A DNA stretch of 64,000 nt from an uncultured delta proteobacterium (GTDB taxonomy: Bacteria; Desulfobacterota; Binatia; UBA9968), in assembly GCA_963847445.1 (NCBI GenBank), contig CAWJZV010000048.1:241673-305672 (forward strand). The letters run 5' to 3'. This document shows positions 10,093-21,768 of this stretch, one piece after another. A program made the translations under genes and the position numbers. How positions within the stretch are numbered: position 1 is the first letter of the stretch; the number at the start of each line of letters is the position of its first letter. Under the pieces are notes generated by a model. That model made no database searches. It worked only from the letters and a program-made list of their open reading frames with translations, and had not been told where the DNA came from.

Positions 10093-11541
10093 TTACCTGC
10101 CCACTTCGGCGCGAATCTCATCGGCGATGCTCTGGGCCATGGCGCGGATCCTTTTTTCGTCCTCGCCTTCCAACATCACCCGGGCCAACAGCTCGGTGCC
10201 CGAGTAGCGCACCAGCACCCGGCCGCGCCCGGCCAGGCTGCGCTCGATCTCGCCGATCTGCTGCTGCACCTTGGCCATGTGCTCGAAATCTCTCTTTTCC
10301 TTGACCTTAATGTTGAGCAGTACCTGCGGCAGCCGCTTCATGACGGTCTTCAACTCGCTCAACCGTTTACGCTTTTCGACCATCAGAGCGAGCATCTGCA
10401 AAGAAGTAATGGCGCCGTCACCGGTGCTGTTATGGTCGAGATAAAGGATATGGCCGGATTGTTCGCCGCCGAGATTAAAGTTACCGGCGAGCATTTTTTC
10501 GACCACGTATCGATCGCCCACTTGAGCGCGCACGACTTCGAGGCCGGCCTTGTGCATCGCCAGCTCAAGGCCCAAGTTGCTCATCACGGTGGCGACCACG
10601 CCGTTGCCTTTAAGAGTGCCCTTCTCTTTCATGTCGAGGGCCGAGATCGCCAGCACCTGGTCGCCGTCGAGAATCTCGCCGGTGTCATCGACGAACACGG
10701 CGCGGTCGGCGTCGCCGTCCAAGGCGACGGCGAAGTCGGCGCCCTCGTGCAGCAACATTTCGCGCGCGGTTTCGGGATAGAGCGCGCCACAGCGCCGGTT
10801 GATGTTCTCGCCGTCGGGCTGGACGCCGATGGCTAAGACTTCGGCGCCCAATTCAGTCAACACTTCCGGCACGACTTTGTAAGCGGCGCCGTGGCCGCAG
10901 TCGACGACGATCTTCAACCCTTCCAAGGTCAGATGGCGCGGATAACTGTTCTTGAGAAAAACATTGTAACGGCCGACGGCGTCCTGAATACGCGAAGCTT
11001 TGCCGATCTCGGCGGCGGTCGGCCGGGACTCTTCGGTCTCGCCGCTAAAAATCATTTCCTCCATGCGCGCTTCGACTTCGTCGGGAAGTTTAAAACCGTC
11101 CCAGGAAAAAAACTTGATGCCGTTGTCTTGATAGGGGTTATGCGAGGCCGAGATCACCACGCCGGCATCGGCGCGCATGCTGCGGGTGAGAAATGCCACC
11201 CCCGGCGTCGGCAACGGACCGACCAGCAACACGTCGGCGCCCATGGAAACGATCCCCGAGGCCAGCGCGGTCTCGAGCATGTAGCCCGAGAGCCGGGTAT
11301 CCTTGCCGATGAGAATCTTGAAGCGATGCTTGTCGGTCTCGCCGTTGCGGCGGGCGAACGCCGGCGACGGCATGCGGCCGGGCAGATCTCGCTCCGATTC
11401 AGATAAAACCTTGGCGATGGCGCGGCCGAGCTTGAGCGCCATCTCCGAGGTCATGGGCTCTTGATTGGCGACGCCGCGCACGCCGTCGGTGCCGAACAGT
11501 TGGCGCGTCAATTTTTTCTTATTTCGTGGCGGTTGATTCAT
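10093..11541 (-). CDS. glmM: Phosphoglucosamine mutase
   Basis: [44 protein letters not shown]. Confidence 0.96.
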   Translation of the reverse strand: MNQPPRNKKKLTRQLFGTDGVRGVANQEPMTSEMALKLGRAIAKVLSESERDLPGRMPSPAFARRNGETDKHRFKILIGKDTRLSGYMLETALASGIVSMGADVLLVGPLPTPGVAFLTRSMRADAGVVISASHNPYQDNGIKFFSWDGFKLPDEVEARMEEMIFSGETEESRPTAAEIGKASRIQDAVGRYNVFLKNSYPRHLTLEGLKIVVDCGHGAAYKVVPEVLTELGAEVLAIGVQPDGENINRRCGALYPETAREMLLHEGADFAVALDGDADRAVFVDDTGEILDGDQVLAISALDMKEKGTLKGNGVVATVMSNLGLELAMHKAGLEVVRAQVGDRYVVEKMLAGNFNLGGEQSGHILYLDHNSTGDGAITSLQMLALMVEKRKRLSELKTVMKRLPQVLLNIKVKEKRDFEHMAKVQQQIGEIERSLAGRGRVLVRYSGTELLARVMLEGEDEKRIRAMAQSIADEIRAEVGR

Positions 11542-11565
11542 CCTGGTTGACTCCTCGATTGCGAT

Positions 11566-12495
11566 TCACGGCGCCGGCTTGGCGATCCGAACCCTGACGC
11601 TGAGCGGCCTTTGTTCGACGACCTCGATACCCGCCGGCAATTTGATTACTGGAGCCAGACTATGTTCGCCTGGGGCCAACCCCGTCAAACTCAAAGTAAC
11701 CGTGTCTGCATTCAATTGTAGCTTGTCGACGATACTTTTGGCACCGGCGACGCGTAAAAAAACCGTCCTCGGCGAAAACGTGAACAGCCCTTTATATCCC
11801 TGCGTGTTGATCTCGACCTGGGCGAAGTCGCGGCTGGCCTGCTCTTCTTCGAGGGCAACGGCAATCTCCACCTGGTCGGGCGAGAAGGTAAGCGGTTTGC
11901 CATCGGTCGCCAGCCGCACTTGACGCTTGGGGACACCGCGGGTCTCGTGCAGATCCACCGGCACGGTTTCCACCGCCGTGAGGCGGCGCACTTCTTCCGC
12001 CGGCCCCTGCACGGTCACCCGTGCCGGCTGCACCGTGGTTTGGGCGACGCGGAACCCCGCCGCGGGCTTGCCCGATAAGCGCACCGAAACCGGCAGGGTC
12101 AGCTTGATCACCGGCTCCATGCGCAGATGGACCACCGGCGGGGTAATGCGCGCCACCGTCACGCCGCGCGGGATATTGAACAAACTGCCACCCAAAGGAT
12201 AGCTGAGCGACCCAGGCTTGGCGCTGGTGAGATCGAGCGACAGTTTCATTTCATCGGCATCGATGGTCGAAACCAACGTGCGCGGTCCGGTGACGCGCAA
12301 GGCCACGAAATCGACACGATTATCCATCACCATGAGATCGCCGGGAATATTGCGAAACTCCACCGGCACTTCGATGGAGCGCTCGATATCGCGGTGGCCG
12401 GCGAGCCAAAGCCCCACGGCGATGGTCAAGGCCAGCGCCTTGAGGCCGAAGTTGCTGCCGGCCAGCGCGACGATCTTTTCCCAGAGCTGTTTCAT
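11566..12495 (-). CDS. cdaR: CdaR/YbbR-domain regulator of diadenylate cyclase
   Basis: N-terminal TM anchor, repeated YbbR-like beta domains, located between dacA and glmM. Confidence 0.85.
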   Translation of the reverse strand: MKQLWEKIVALAGSNFGLKALALTIAVGLWLAGHRDIERSIEVPVEFRNIPGDLMVMDNRVDFVALRVTGPRTLVSTIDADEMKLSLDLTSAKPGSLSYPLGGSLFNIPRGVTVARITPPVVHLRMEPVIKLTLPVSVRLSGKPAAGFRVAQTTVQPARVTVQGPAEEVRRLTAVETVPVDLHETRGVPKRQVRLATDGKPLTFSPDQVEIAVALEEEQASRDFAQVEINTQGYKGLFTFSPRTVFLRVAGAKSIVDKLQLNADTVTLSLTGLAPGEHSLAPVIKLPAGIEVVEQRPLSVRVRIAKPAP

Positions 12496-13250
12496 GACTT
12501 GATCAAATCCCGCAACGCTGAACGCAGCCTGGTGCCATCGATATTTTCGGTGACATTGCCGCCGACCACCAGCGCCACGGTGCCTTCCTGCTCCGACACC
12601 ACGACCGCGACGGCATCGGTCTCCTCGGTGACGCCAAGGGCGGCACGATGGCGCGTGCCCCAGGATTTACGCAGGTGCGGATTGGTGCTGAGCGGCAGCA
12701 AACAGCGCACCGCGGTCACCCGGTTTTTTTGAATCACCAGGGCGCCGTCATGAATCGGCGAATGGGGCAGAAAGACGCTTTCCAACAGCTCACGGCTGAC
12801 CCAAGCATCGAGCCGCGTGCCGATCTCCATGAATTCGCTCAAGCCGACATCCCGTTGAAAGACCACCAAAGCGCCGACACGCTTGCTGGCGAGGGATAAC
12901 GCCGCCTGGGCGACCTCTTCGATGACATCTTCGTGGCGCTGCTGGGAACGCTCCAGCGTCGCGAACAACGGCGCGGTGCCGACCTGGGTGAGCGCGCGGC
13001 GAATGTCGCTCTGAAAGATCACGATGATCACCAAGATGATCGAACTCAGGAAGTTATCGAGGATCCAGTTGAGCGTGAACAACCCGAGAATGCGGGATGA
13101 CACGTAGGCGACCAAAATGACCGCCAAGCCGATAATCATTTGCATCGCCCGGCTGCCGCGCACGATCTGCAGCGCCCGGTAGACCAGGAAAGTGATGATG
13201 CCGATATCGAGCAGGTCTTGCCAGCGGATTTGGTGCAGCAGCTCTAGCAT
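12492..13250 (-). CDS. dacA: Diadenylate cyclase CdaA/DacA
   Basis: Three TM segments; HDGAL and GTRHRAALG catalytic motifs; ATG 13250. Confidence 0.93.
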   Translation of the reverse strand: MLELLHQIRWQDLLDIGIITFLVYRALQIVRGSRAMQMIIGLAVILVAYVSSRILGLFTLNWILDNFLSSIILVIIVIFQSDIRRALTQVGTAPLFATLERSQQRHEDVIEEVAQAALSLASKRVGALVVFQRDVGLSEFMEIGTRLDAWVSRELLESVFLPHSPIHDGALVIQKNRVTAVRCLLPLSTNPHLRKSWGTRHRAALGVTEETDAVAVVVSEQEGTVALVVGGNVTENIDGTRLRSALRDLIKS

Positions 13251-13261
13251 TCGCGCCTCGG

Positions 13262-14200
13262 CTACTGGTGAAAACCGAATCGCAGCGCGTCGGCAACCCG
13301 TACCGCCCGGCAAGTTGCCGCGACATCGTGGACGCGGATGATATTGGCGCCGCCGAGCACCGCCGCCACCGCGGCGGCCAGACTGCCTTCGAGCCGCTGG
13401 TCCGGCTCGAGACCGAGAATCCTGCCGATAAAAGCCTTGCGCGAGACGCCCACCAGCAACGGCTGCCCGAGGGCGGCGAGCATCGACAGGCCGCGCAGTA
13501 GTTGAAGGTTGTGCTCGACGGTCTTGCCGAAACCGATACCAGGATCGAGCACGATCGCCTCGGCATCGACACCGGCATCCATGGCGTCGTAGAGCCGCTC
13601 GGCGAGAAAGTCTCGCACCTCGCGCACGACATCGCCATACTGAGGATCGATCTGCATGGTTCGCGGCGTGCCCTGCATGTGCATCAAAATCACCGGGACC
13701 TTTTCGCTGGCAACCAACTGCGCCATCGCCGGATCGAAACTCAGGGCGCTGATGTCGTTGACCATGTCGGCGCCGGCATCGAGAGCGGCGCGGGCCACCG
13801 GCGCTTTGTAACTATCGATGGAGATCGGCAGCGCGCACTGCCGGCGCAAACCTTGGATCACCGGAAGCACGCGGGCCAGCTCGTCGGCTTGCGCCACCGG
13901 CGCGGCGGCGGGGCGCGAAGACTCGCCGCCGATGTCGATAATGTCGGCGCCGGCTTGCGCCATCGCCAAACCATCGGCAATCGCCCGGCCGGTGTCGAAG
14001 TGACGGCCACCGTCAAAGAAGGAATCCGGCGTGACGTTGAGCACCGCCATCACCGCGGTGCGGCGCGCGAAATCGATCCGGCCATGGCGCATTTTCAGCT
14101 CGCGGCTGCCATCCGATGCCATCGGCACCAACGGATTGAAGGTGCCCACGGTCCGGTTCAAATCTGGCGGATTGCTTTGGGACATCGCTGGAACCGACAT
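13262..14200 (-). CDS. folP: Dihydropteroate synthase
   Basis: LNVTPDSFFDGG, DIGGESSRP, DPGIGFGK, GVSRKAFIG, RVHDV; true start may be further downstream. Confidence 0.95.
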   Translation of the reverse strand: MSVPAMSQSNPPDLNRTVGTFNPLVPMASDGSRELKMRHGRIDFARRTAVMAVLNVTPDSFFDGGRHFDTGRAIADGLAMAQAGADIIDIGGESSRPAAAPVAQADELARVLPVIQGLRRQCALPISIDSYKAPVARAALDAGADMVNDISALSFDPAMAQLVASEKVPVILMHMQGTPRTMQIDPQYGDVVREVRDFLAERLYDAMDAGVDAEAIVLDPGIGFGKTVEHNLQLLRGLSMLAALGQPLLVGVSRKAFIGRILGLEPDQRLEGSLAAAVAAVLGGANIIRVHDVAATCRAVRVADALRFGFHQ

Positions 14201-14342
14201 GTAAAATAAATAGCAGCCAGAGGCAAGTTAATGCCGCAATCAATAAACAGTTACGCCGGCTCGGTCGATTGCCGACGCCGGCGTATCGCAGCTAATTGGG
14301 CAGGTGGAGTTGGGAAACCGCAGCTCCCCGGAATGAACCTAA

Positions 14343-16175
14343 CTAAGCGACTGCCGCCGACGGCGTATACGGAGCCCCACCACTGCCGCCGAATTCGCGC
14401 ACGATGGCGTCGATTTCGGAACCGTCGAGCACCTCTTTTTCGAGCAAAGACTCGGCGACTTTATGGAGCAGCCGGATATTCGTCCGCAAGAGATCTTTCG
14501 CCTTATGATAACTTTCCTGGATGATGCGTCGCACTTCAGAATCGATTTCGATGGCGGTGCTCTCTGAATAATCGACTTTTTGCGTGAAGTCACGCCCCAA
14601 GAAAATCTCTTCCTCTTTCTTGCCGAAGGTCATCGGACCGAGCTTCTCGCTCATGCCCCATTCGCAGACCATGCGGTGCGCCAAATCGGTGGCTTTCTCG
14701 ATATCGTTTCCCGCGCCGGTGGTGGTATGATCGAGTATCAGCTCCTCGGCGACCCGGCCGCCGAAAAGAATCACCAGGTTATTGAGCAGGTATTCCTTGC
14801 CGTAAGTATGTTTCTCGTCGATCGGCAACTGTTGGGTCAACCCGAGCGCCATGCCGCGCGGAATGATGGTCACCTTGTGAATCGGATCGGCGCCCGGTAG
14901 CAGCTTGGCGACCAGCGCATGGCCCGCTTCGTGGTAAGCGGTATTGCGCTTCTCCTCATCGCTGATGATCATGCTGCGCCGCTCGGCGCCCATCATGACC
15001 TTGTCCTTAGCCAGCTCAAAATCACCCATGTCGACTTTTTCTTTGTCGTTGCGCGCCGCCAACAGGGCCGCTTCATTGACCAGATTTTCCAAGTCAGCGC
15101 CGGCGAAGCCTGGAGTGGCCCGGGCCAAAACGCCGACATCGACGTCCACGCCCAACGGCACCTTCTTGGTGTGCACCTGGAGAATTCCTTCCCGACCTTT
15201 GACGTCAGGCCGAGGCACGACCACGCGCCGGTCGAAACGGCCCGGCCGGAGCAAGGCGGGATCGAGAACATCGGGCCGGTTGGTGGCAGCGATGAGAATG
15301 ACCCCTTCGTTAGTCTCGAAGCCGTCCATCTCAACCAGAAGCTGGTTGAGGGTCTGTTCGCGCTCATCATGACCGCCGCCGAGGCCGGCGCCGCGATGGC
15401 GCCCGACCGCGTCGATCTCGTCGATGAAAATGATGCAGGGGGCGTTTTTCTTGCCTTGAACGAACAGATCGCGCACCCGGGAAGCACCGACGCCGACGAA
15501 CATCTCGACGAAGTCCGAGCCGCTGATGCTGAAAAACGGCACACCGGCTTCGCCGGCGATGGCCCGCGCCATCAAGGTCTTGCCGGTGCCCGGAGGGCCC
15601 ACGAGCAAGCAGCCCTTGGGGATGCGGCCACCGAGTTTGGTAAATTTCTTCGGGTCCTTTAGGAAAGCGATGATCTCCTGAAGATCGTCTTTCGCTTCAT
15701 CGGCGCCGGCGACATCGGCGAAAGTTACTTTATGCTGGTTCTCGGTGAGCAGCTTGGCGCGGCTCTTGCCGAAAGACATCGCCTTGCCGCCGCCGACTTG
15801 CATTTGGCGCATGAAAAACACCCACACGCCGATCAGCAACAGCATCGGGAACCAGTTGAGGAGAAAAACCATGTACCAAGGCGAATCGTCCTCGGGCTTG
15901 GCGGCGATCTTAACTTTCTTATCGCGCAACGACTTCACCAGATCCGGATCGGTCGGCGCAAAGGTGCGAAAGCGTTCGCCGTTCTTGTATTTACCTTGAA
16001 TATTGTGGCCTTGAATCACGACTTCCTGGATATCGCCGCGGTCCACGGCACTCATGAAGTCGCTAAATACGATCTCCGGCTCGCGTCCATGCTGCTTGCT
16101 AAACACGCTGAAGATCACCAAGAAGACCAGCGCTAGCACCAGCCATAGAGCGATGTGTTTATGTGATTGGCTCAA
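14343..16175 (-). CDS. ftsH: ATP-dependent zinc metalloprotease FtsH
   Basis: Two TMs; GPPGTGKT; FIDEIDAVG; HEAGH. Confidence 0.97.
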   Translation of the reverse strand: MSQSHKHIALWLVLALVFLVIFSVFSKQHGREPEIVFSDFMSAVDRGDIQEVVIQGHNIQGKYKNGERFRTFAPTDPDLVKSLRDKKVKIAAKPEDDSPWYMVFLLNWFPMLLLIGVWVFFMRQMQVGGGKAMSFGKSRAKLLTENQHKVTFADVAGADEAKDDLQEIIAFLKDPKKFTKLGGRIPKGCLLVGPPGTGKTLMARAIAGEAGVPFFSISGSDFVEMFVGVGASRVRDLFVQGKKNAPCIIFIDEIDAVGRHRGAGLGGGHDEREQTLNQLLVEMDGFETNEGVILIAATNRPDVLDPALLRPGRFDRRVVVPRPDVKGREGILQVHTKKVPLGVDVDVGVLARATPGFAGADLENLVNEAALLAARNDKEKVDMGDFELAKDKVMMGAERRSMIISDEEKRNTAYHEAGHALVAKLLPGADPIHKVTIIPRGMALGLTQQLPIDEKHTYGKEYLLNNLVILFGGRVAEELILDHTTTGAGNDIEKATDLAHRMVCEWGMSEKLGPMTFGKKEEEIFLGRDFTQKVDYSESTAIEIDSEVRRIIQESYHKAKDLLRTNIRLLHKVAESLLEKEVLDGSEIDAIVREFGGSGGAPYTPSAAVA

Positions 16176-16249
16176 TCGAATTCTCCCAGATTCGCAACAA
16201 GCGAAAGTCTAACACACGCATGGTAGCCGATCAATATGAGTTCTAAGAA

Positions 16250-17679
16250 CTAAGTACCTAAAGGGACTACTCTAATTCGTAAAATGGCCCGGCTCGCCGG
16301 GGTCACCAGGGCGACCCGGCTGCGGCCATGGCCGGGAATCCACAGAACCTGGCCAGCACCGATCAACATCGGCAACTTCGCCCGCTCCGACAGCGCGACC
16401 TTGCGATCGATAAACAGCTCCTTGACCTTCTTATGGCCATCCATGCCTAAGGGGGCAAACCGATCGCCGTTGCGAAAGTTGCGCACGGTCAAGGGTTGCG
16501 GCAGCTCATCGGCGTCGAACAGCGCTTCCATCGAACTGGTCGGTTGAACCTCCACAGGCGGCACCAACGGTTCCAGAAGGAAGCCGACAGCGGCTTCCGG
16601 GATCGATAGCGGTTCGCAGAGCGTCACAGGATAGAGATAACAAATCGGTTGCCGCTGTCGAGCCCCCTGCACCAAGCGCAGCAAATCATACTCCCGGCGC
16701 AACTCCCAACCGCCGGGGATCGCTAGTCGCCCTTGCGCCGGACCGGCGGCAGCCAAACCGCACAAGGCCTCGACATGCGCGAATTCGATACCGCGCAAGT
16801 TGCCGCGCACCTCTTCGATCCAGCGCCGCAGCATCAGCCGCTGTAGAGCGACCGGGTTGGTGCAGCAGAATACCCCGGTCCAGCCCATCGCCACGCCGGC
16901 ATTTCTCCAACCCGGCCTGGGCGACCTGTTCGAGCACCGCCTGTTCGTCGCGCAACATCGCCGCCTGCTCCGCCAGCCGCGCGGCGATGCGCCCATCGAT
17001 GCGCTCGCGCAACTGCGGCAACAGCTCCAGACGAATCCAGTTGCGTAGGAGCCTGGTGTCGCGATTGGTCGCATCGTTGCGGTAATCAATTTGCCGTTGG
17101 CGAAGAAATTCCAGAATTTCCGCCTTGGACGTTTCTAGGAACGGTCGAACGATCGCGCACCCATGAGCCAAATCAGCGCCGCTTGAATGCAGTGTTTGCG
17201 CTGGACTCATCCCGCCCAACCCCTTCCGCCCTGCACCGCGCAGCAACCACATCAACATGGTCTCGGCTTGATCGTCCTGAGTATGCGCCGTGGCGATCTT
17301 GATTGAGCCCCCGGCGCCGGGCGATCTGAGCGAAAAATTGGTAGCGCTGCTGCCGCGCCAATGCTTCCAGATTGCCTTTGCCGGCCCGAGAGCGCAGCCC
17401 GGGCAAGTCGATTTCCTTCATATGAAATGGCAGCCCGAGCTTGCCAGCCAAGGCCGCGACAAACCGCGCATCCTCCTGCGCCTCTTCCCCACGAATCCCA
17501 TGTTGCAAATGCGCCGCTTCGAGATGCAGTCCCAACTCGTCGCGCAACTCGTGCAGCACATGTAATAACGCCACCGAATCCGGCCCGCCGGAAACGGCGA
17601 CGAGGACGCGGTCGCCGGGAACTAACACTGGGTGAGTTTGGGAAAAATTGCTAGTCCGTCGTGCAAAATCAGAAATCAT
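16250..17679 (-). CDS. tilS: tRNA(Ile)-lysidine synthase (at least two frameshifts)
   Basis: VAVSGGPDS PP-loop, ARQQRY, IVRPFL, RNWIRLELLP, C-terminal RNFRNGDRF..KKVKELF across three ORFs; upstream of ftsH. Confidence 0.9.
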
Positions 17680-17811
17680 GGAAGACTAATATTCGTTATC
17701 CTCGGAGATTTGATAGGGCATCCATAACGCCGATGACCGTCAACATCAACATTGACTCCGAAACCTATGATAAATACCAAAAGGTAAGAATTTATTACCA
17801 AGGTGTAAACA

Positions 17812-18081
17812 ATGACCATTGTCAAAGGTGCGGAAAAGGGGCAACTCACACTGCCGATAGACTTGCGGCGAAGACTTAGGATCGGCAAAGACGACTATCT
17901 CTCGGTGGAAGCGGAAGGCGAAGTCCTAAAACTTCGCAAGGTCGGAGCGCGCAGACTTCTCGGTTCAAACGATCCGATCTGGGACTTTGTTGGAAAAGGC
18001 TCAAGGGGAACTCAGGATGGGTCCACCGATCATGACCGCCACATTTCGGAAGGAGCGCGCAGACGGTGGCTCAAGCGCTAA
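17812..18081 (+). CDS. AbrB/MazE/SpoVT-type antitoxin
   Basis: KGQLTLPIDLRRRLRIGKDD; overlaps the PIN toxin start. Confidence 0.82.
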   Translation: MTIVKGAEKGQLTLPIDLRRRLRIGKDDYLSVEAEGEVLKLRKVGARRLLGSNDPIWDFVGKGSRGTQDGSTDHDRHISEGARRRWLKR

Positions 18082-18462
18082 CTGACACCAGCGCGATTTA
18101 CGCTTTGATCGATCGAGACGATGCTCAACCACCGCAGAGCGACCGCGATCCTGCGCGCGTCCGTGCGCCAGGGCGTCACCCCGTTGATCACGAATTTCAT
18201 AGTCGCAGAGTCTCATGCCCTACTTTTATCGCGTTTGGGCGCCAGTATCGCACGAGATTGGCTAACCAAACAGATCTGGCCCATCGAACCCGTGACTTCG
18301 GCGGATGAAAAAAAGGCCAAAGAGATCATTCAGCGCTACACTGACAAAGAATTCTCATACACAGATGCGACAAGCTTCTCGGTTATGGAGAGACTCGGTA
18401 TCACCTCGGCTTTCGCATTCGATATCCAGTTCAAACAATACGGGCTCAAGCTTCTCACCTAG
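18066..18462 (+). CDS. vapC: PIN-domain VapC toxin (frameshift ~18122)
   Basis: LTDTSAIYALIDRDD...TNFIVAE...FSYTDATSFSVMERLGITSAFAFD. Confidence 0.85.
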
Positions 18463-18536
18463 ACAACCGACGACGAGCTGTTACTTCCCTCCCGAAGGGG
18501 CTAAAGGTTTAAAGGCTAGATCAGGCAGAGCCCCAG

Positions 18537-19685
18537 TCAGAACGTCAACTTTCCCGCGTACCCGGTCATCTCGACATAACCGTTGCCGCCGACCGGCTTG
18601 CCGCGGACGATGCCGCGAATCTGCGCCGCACCTTCCCAATAGGTCACGCGCGTGCTGCGATGGGTGATCAGTTCCTGCTCAGGAAATGCCGGCGCGATCT
18701 CCAGCTCGATCGCTTCCGAGGGAACCGTCACCTTCCACTTGATTGGATAAGTGGCACCGCTTGTCGGGCTCTTCCAGCGTTGGAGCGCCTCGATGCGGTA
18801 ATCATTGACCGACAAGTTCTTGCTCACCCCGTCGGCACTCACCAGCGTGCCGCTGGAATAGGGGTCCGCCGAGCCGTCTTTGCGGCGCATGAGATAGAGC
18901 ATCAGCTCAGTTTGATTGTCGAGCTGGATGCTGAACCAATCCCAGCCGACCTGGTCGTCGCGTAGTTGATTGCTGCCGAACTCGTGGTCCATCCAGGTGA
19001 AGCCGCGGACTTTTTCACTTTTCCCGTCGATGGTCAGCTCGCCGTCGGTGTGCATGCGCGTGAGCGAATAGTAGTAGGACGCCCGCCCCGCGCCTTCGCC
19101 CTTCTGGCTCAAGCCGTTTTGGCCATGGAGCACGGGTGCTTTCATCGAGCGAAGGCCGAGGCGCAACTGCGTGCCACGGTCGTTGACTTGAATGACGTGA
19201 TTTTTCTCATCGCCGTCAACTTTCCAGTCCTCGTTCCAGACATGGAAGCGATCGGTCGCCGCGCCGGCTTTGCCGGCAATGCCTCGATTGATGCGTTCGC
19301 GGAAAGTAAACTTCTTGGCGCCAATGTCCGACAGCGCGAAATGCGCCATGTAAAGCTCGCTGAAGAGCGGCGCTTCTTTACTGTCTTTCTGGCGGTCGCG
19401 CAGGCCGAAGCGAAAAAACGTCACCTGGTAGCCGTAGCGTTTGCCGCTTTGGCTTTCTAAGTGGCCGGTGTAGTACCACCACTCGGTTTTGAAATCGGGG
19501 TGGGAAAAGTGATCGGCCGGAAAAATCAACTTTCGCCCGGGCAAGGCGAGCTGGTAGGTGAACCCGGTAGTGAGTATACATACAGCGATCAGAGCAACGA
19601 CGAGCGAGCATGACGCACCCACACCCTTCCCTCTCCGCTCAAGGGAGAGGGTTGAAGAAAGCGCCCGCGCCGTCGGTGACACCAT
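18537..19685 (-). CDS. AttH/CrtC-like lipocalin-domain secreted protein
   Basis: FPADHFSHPDFKTEWWYYTG, SYYYSLTR, WMDHEFG, GWDWFSIQL, YWEG, GYVEMTGY; start uncertain. Confidence 0.85.
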   Translation of the reverse strand: MVSPTARALSSTLSLERRGKGVGASCSLVVALIAVCILTTGFTYQLALPGRKLIFPADHFSHPDFKTEWWYYTGHLESQSGKRYGYQVTFFRFGLRDRQKDSKEAPLFSELYMAHFALSDIGAKKFTFRERINRGIAGKAGAATDRFHVWNEDWKVDGDEKNHVIQVNDRGTQLRLGLRSMKAPVLHGQNGLSQKGEGAGRASYYYSLTRMHTDGELTIDGKSEKVRGFTWMDHEFGSNQLRDDQVGWDWFSIQLDNQTELMLYLMRRKDGSADPYSSGTLVSADGVSKNLSVNDYRIEALQRWKSPTSGATYPIKWKVTVPSEAIELEIAPAFPEQELITHRSTRVTYWEGAAQIRGIVRGKPVGGNGYVEMTGYAGKLTF

Positions 19686-19748
19686 GCGAATTTTTTTTTC
19701 CTGTTGGCAGAATTGCAGGGCCATTTCGACTAGTGTTATAGGGAGCCT

Positions 19749-20579
19749 ATGGAAAAGCAATACAGCCGCGACGCCTTGCTCATCACCGTCTCTGACTTGC
19801 AGAAAAAACTCGGCTCGCCGAATCTGTGCATCATCGACACCCGGCCAGCGGAAGATTTTGCCCAGGGCCATATCCCCGGCGCGACTCATTTCGATCTCTT
19901 CGGCCTGAGTCTGGTCGACACCAGCGACGCCCCGCTCAGAGCTTTCATGTTCATGATCCACCATGTACTCGAACTGCGCGGTGTCAGCGAGACCAAAGAA
20001 GTCGTCTTCTACGAAGGCAACTCAGGAATGCGCGCGGCGCGCGGCGTTTGGTTCTTGGAGTACTTCGGCCATGCCGACGTCAAAATGCTCGACGGCGGCA
20101 TGCAGGCATGGCTAGCCTCCGGCGCGCCGGTGACGACCGACGGAACGGTGCCCAAAGCCGCAGCGTTCAAAACCGCCGAACGGCGCGAAGTTTTGGCTAC
20201 CGCGGACGACGTGCTGCGCGCTTTCGACCGGAAAGACACGATCATTCTCGACACCCGCAGCGAAGGCGAACACTTCGGCACCATGATTCGCTCGGCGCGC
20301 GGCGGCGCGATCCCGCATTCCATCCACATCGAATGGACCGACAACCTCGATGCCGCCGGCAAGTTCAAACCGAACGAAGAGCTGAAAGCGATGTACGACC
20401 GCGCCGGCGTCACGCCGGACAAAGAAATCTATTCCTACTGCCAGGGCGGCTATCGCGCCGCCCACAGCTACATTGCGCTGCGATTGTTGGGCTTTGCCAA
20501 AGTGCGCAACTACATCGGCTCGTGGAAGGAATGGGGTGACCGCACCGATCTGCCTTTGGAAATCCCACAGAAGAAGTAA
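19749..20579 (+). CDS. Two-domain rhodanese/sulfurtransferase (SseA/CysA-like)
   Basis: GHIPGA, LDGGMQAW, YCQGGYRA catalytic loop, NYIGSWKEWG. Confidence 0.9.
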   Translation: MEKQYSRDALLITVSDLQKKLGSPNLCIIDTRPAEDFAQGHIPGATHFDLFGLSLVDTSDAPLRAFMFMIHHVLELRGVSETKEVVFYEGNSGMRAARGVWFLEYFGHADVKMLDGGMQAWLASGAPVTTDGTVPKAAAFKTAERREVLATADDVLRAFDRKDTIILDTRSEGEHFGTMIRSARGGAIPHSIHIEWTDNLDAAGKFKPNEELKAMYDRAGVTPDKEIYSYCQGGYRAAHSYIALRLLGFAKVRNYIGSWKEWGDRTDLPLEIPQKK

Positions 20580-20594
20580 AAAGTGAATGATTCG

Positions 20595-20775
20595 ACCACA
20601 AAGAACACAGCGCGCGAAGCCGCAAGCAAATACAGAAGGAGTGGTCCGTCATACCGAACGTCAAATTGGCCGCAGACCAAATCGGGATTCGCGCGTGCGC
20701 GGGAATGACGCGTCAACAGACCGCCTATGCAGGGAATCCGTCCGACATCTTCGTGTCCTTCATGCACTTCGTGGT
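20595..20775. repeat. Nested intergenic repeat (ACCACAAAGAACAC..CTTCGTGTCCTTCATGCACTTCGTGGT) with an internal GGGATTC..GGGAATGAC REP-like unit
   Basis: Shares motifs with 9756-10057 (including GCGAAGCCGCAA) and 31733-31806. Confidence 0.65.
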
Positions 20776-20806
20776 GAGAACATCCTAACGAAAGCCCGGT
20801 ATACAC

Positions 20807-21766
20807 ATGGTCATGAAACACTTTCTATTACTAGCGTTGTTCGCTTTCACTCTACGCGGGTCCGGTCTCGCCTTCGCCGCCGACGCCCGCAAGGTCACGC
20901 TTTCCTACTCGGCGGTGAGCATGACCTGGTTTCCGGTAAAAGTTGCCGTGGAAAAAGGTTTCTTTCGTAGCGAAGGATTGGAACCACAGCTGATCCAAAT
21001 GAACGGCAACGTCGCCACCATCGCGCTAGCCAACGGCCATGTCGATTTCTCGTTGAATATTTCACCGGTGCTCAACGGCGCCATGCAGGGGCTGGGCACA
21101 AAACTCGTGGCGGCGTTAAACTCAAGGCCATTCTTTTCCCTGGTGGTGCGCCCGGAAATCAACAGCGCCGCCGACTTGAAAGGTAAAGTCTTCGCCGTCA
21201 GCTCGTTCGGCAACACCCAAGCGATTCTGACGGAAAAACATTTGCAGCACCTCGGTTTGAAGAAAGGCGAATACCAGCTGCTCGCCATGGGCGCGACGCC
21301 GGCGCGGGTGGCGGCGATGGAGAAAAATATCGCCCAAGGCAGCCTGATGCCGCTGCCAACTAACGTGCAGATGGAAAACCGCGGCTTTCGCCTGCTCGGC
21401 AATACCGCCGAGTTCGTCACCCACCCGATCGCCGGGCTTGGCGTCCATGAAGATAGAATCAGAAAAGATCCCGACATGATCAAGCGGGTCGTGCGCGCGA
21501 CGCTGCGCAGCCTGCAACTCTTGCAGACCAGTCCAAAAGAGACCGTCAAGATTCTCATGGATTGGACGCGCGCCAACGAGAAGGATGCGTTACGTTCGCT
21601 GGAGCTAGCCAAGCCTGGCTTCAGCAAGAATGGCTTGCTCACCGACGACGATTTGAGCATTGAATGGGGTTTCATTCAGCAGCAGACCAAGAAAACCCAG
21701 GTGCCGGTGAGCATCGCCCATGACATGGCGCTGTTGCGGGAGGTGCAACGGGAAATGGGCCTATAG
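20807..21766 (+). CDS. NitT/TauT ABC substrate-binding protein
   Basis: Signal peptide; EKGFFRSEGLE, AADLKGKVFAVS. Confidence 0.85.
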   Translation: MVMKHFLLLALFAFTLRGSGLAFAADARKVTLSYSAVSMTWFPVKVAVEKGFFRSEGLEPQLIQMNGNVATIALANGHVDFSLNISPVLNGAMQGLGTKLVAALNSRPFFSLVVRPEINSAADLKGKVFAVSSFGNTQAILTEKHLQHLGLKKGEYQLLAMGATPARVAAMEKNIAQGSLMPLPTNVQMENRGFRLLGNTAEFVTHPIAGLGVHEDRIRKDPDMIKRVVRATLRSLQLLQTSPKETVKILMDWTRANEKDALRSLELAKPGFSKNGLLTDDDLSIEWGFIQQQTKKTQVPVSIAHDMALLREVQREMGL

Positions 21767-21768
21767 TA

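Noticed and set aside
9757-10304. Several short ORFs between pdxJ and glmM
   Set aside because: They are translations of palindromic repeats or antisense to glmM, with no RBS or family motifs
11566-13250. c-di-AMP synthesis in a diderm as a novelty
   Set aside because: dacA-cdaR-glmM linkage is already known, including in deltaproteobacteria
7323-17679. Pseudogenisation or programmed frameshifting of nnr, pdxJ and tilS
   Set aside because: Motifs are intact, there are no in-frame nonsense changes or consistent slippery sites, and indels occur throughout the window
17812-18462. Toxin-antitoxin pair as the marker of a mobile island
   Set aside because: No integrase, att site or flanking repeats seen; ordinary stand-alone VapBC-type module
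19686-19964. Long N-terminal extension of the AttH-like ORF
   Set aside because: It overlaps the opposite-strand sulfurtransferase, so the true start must lie downstream
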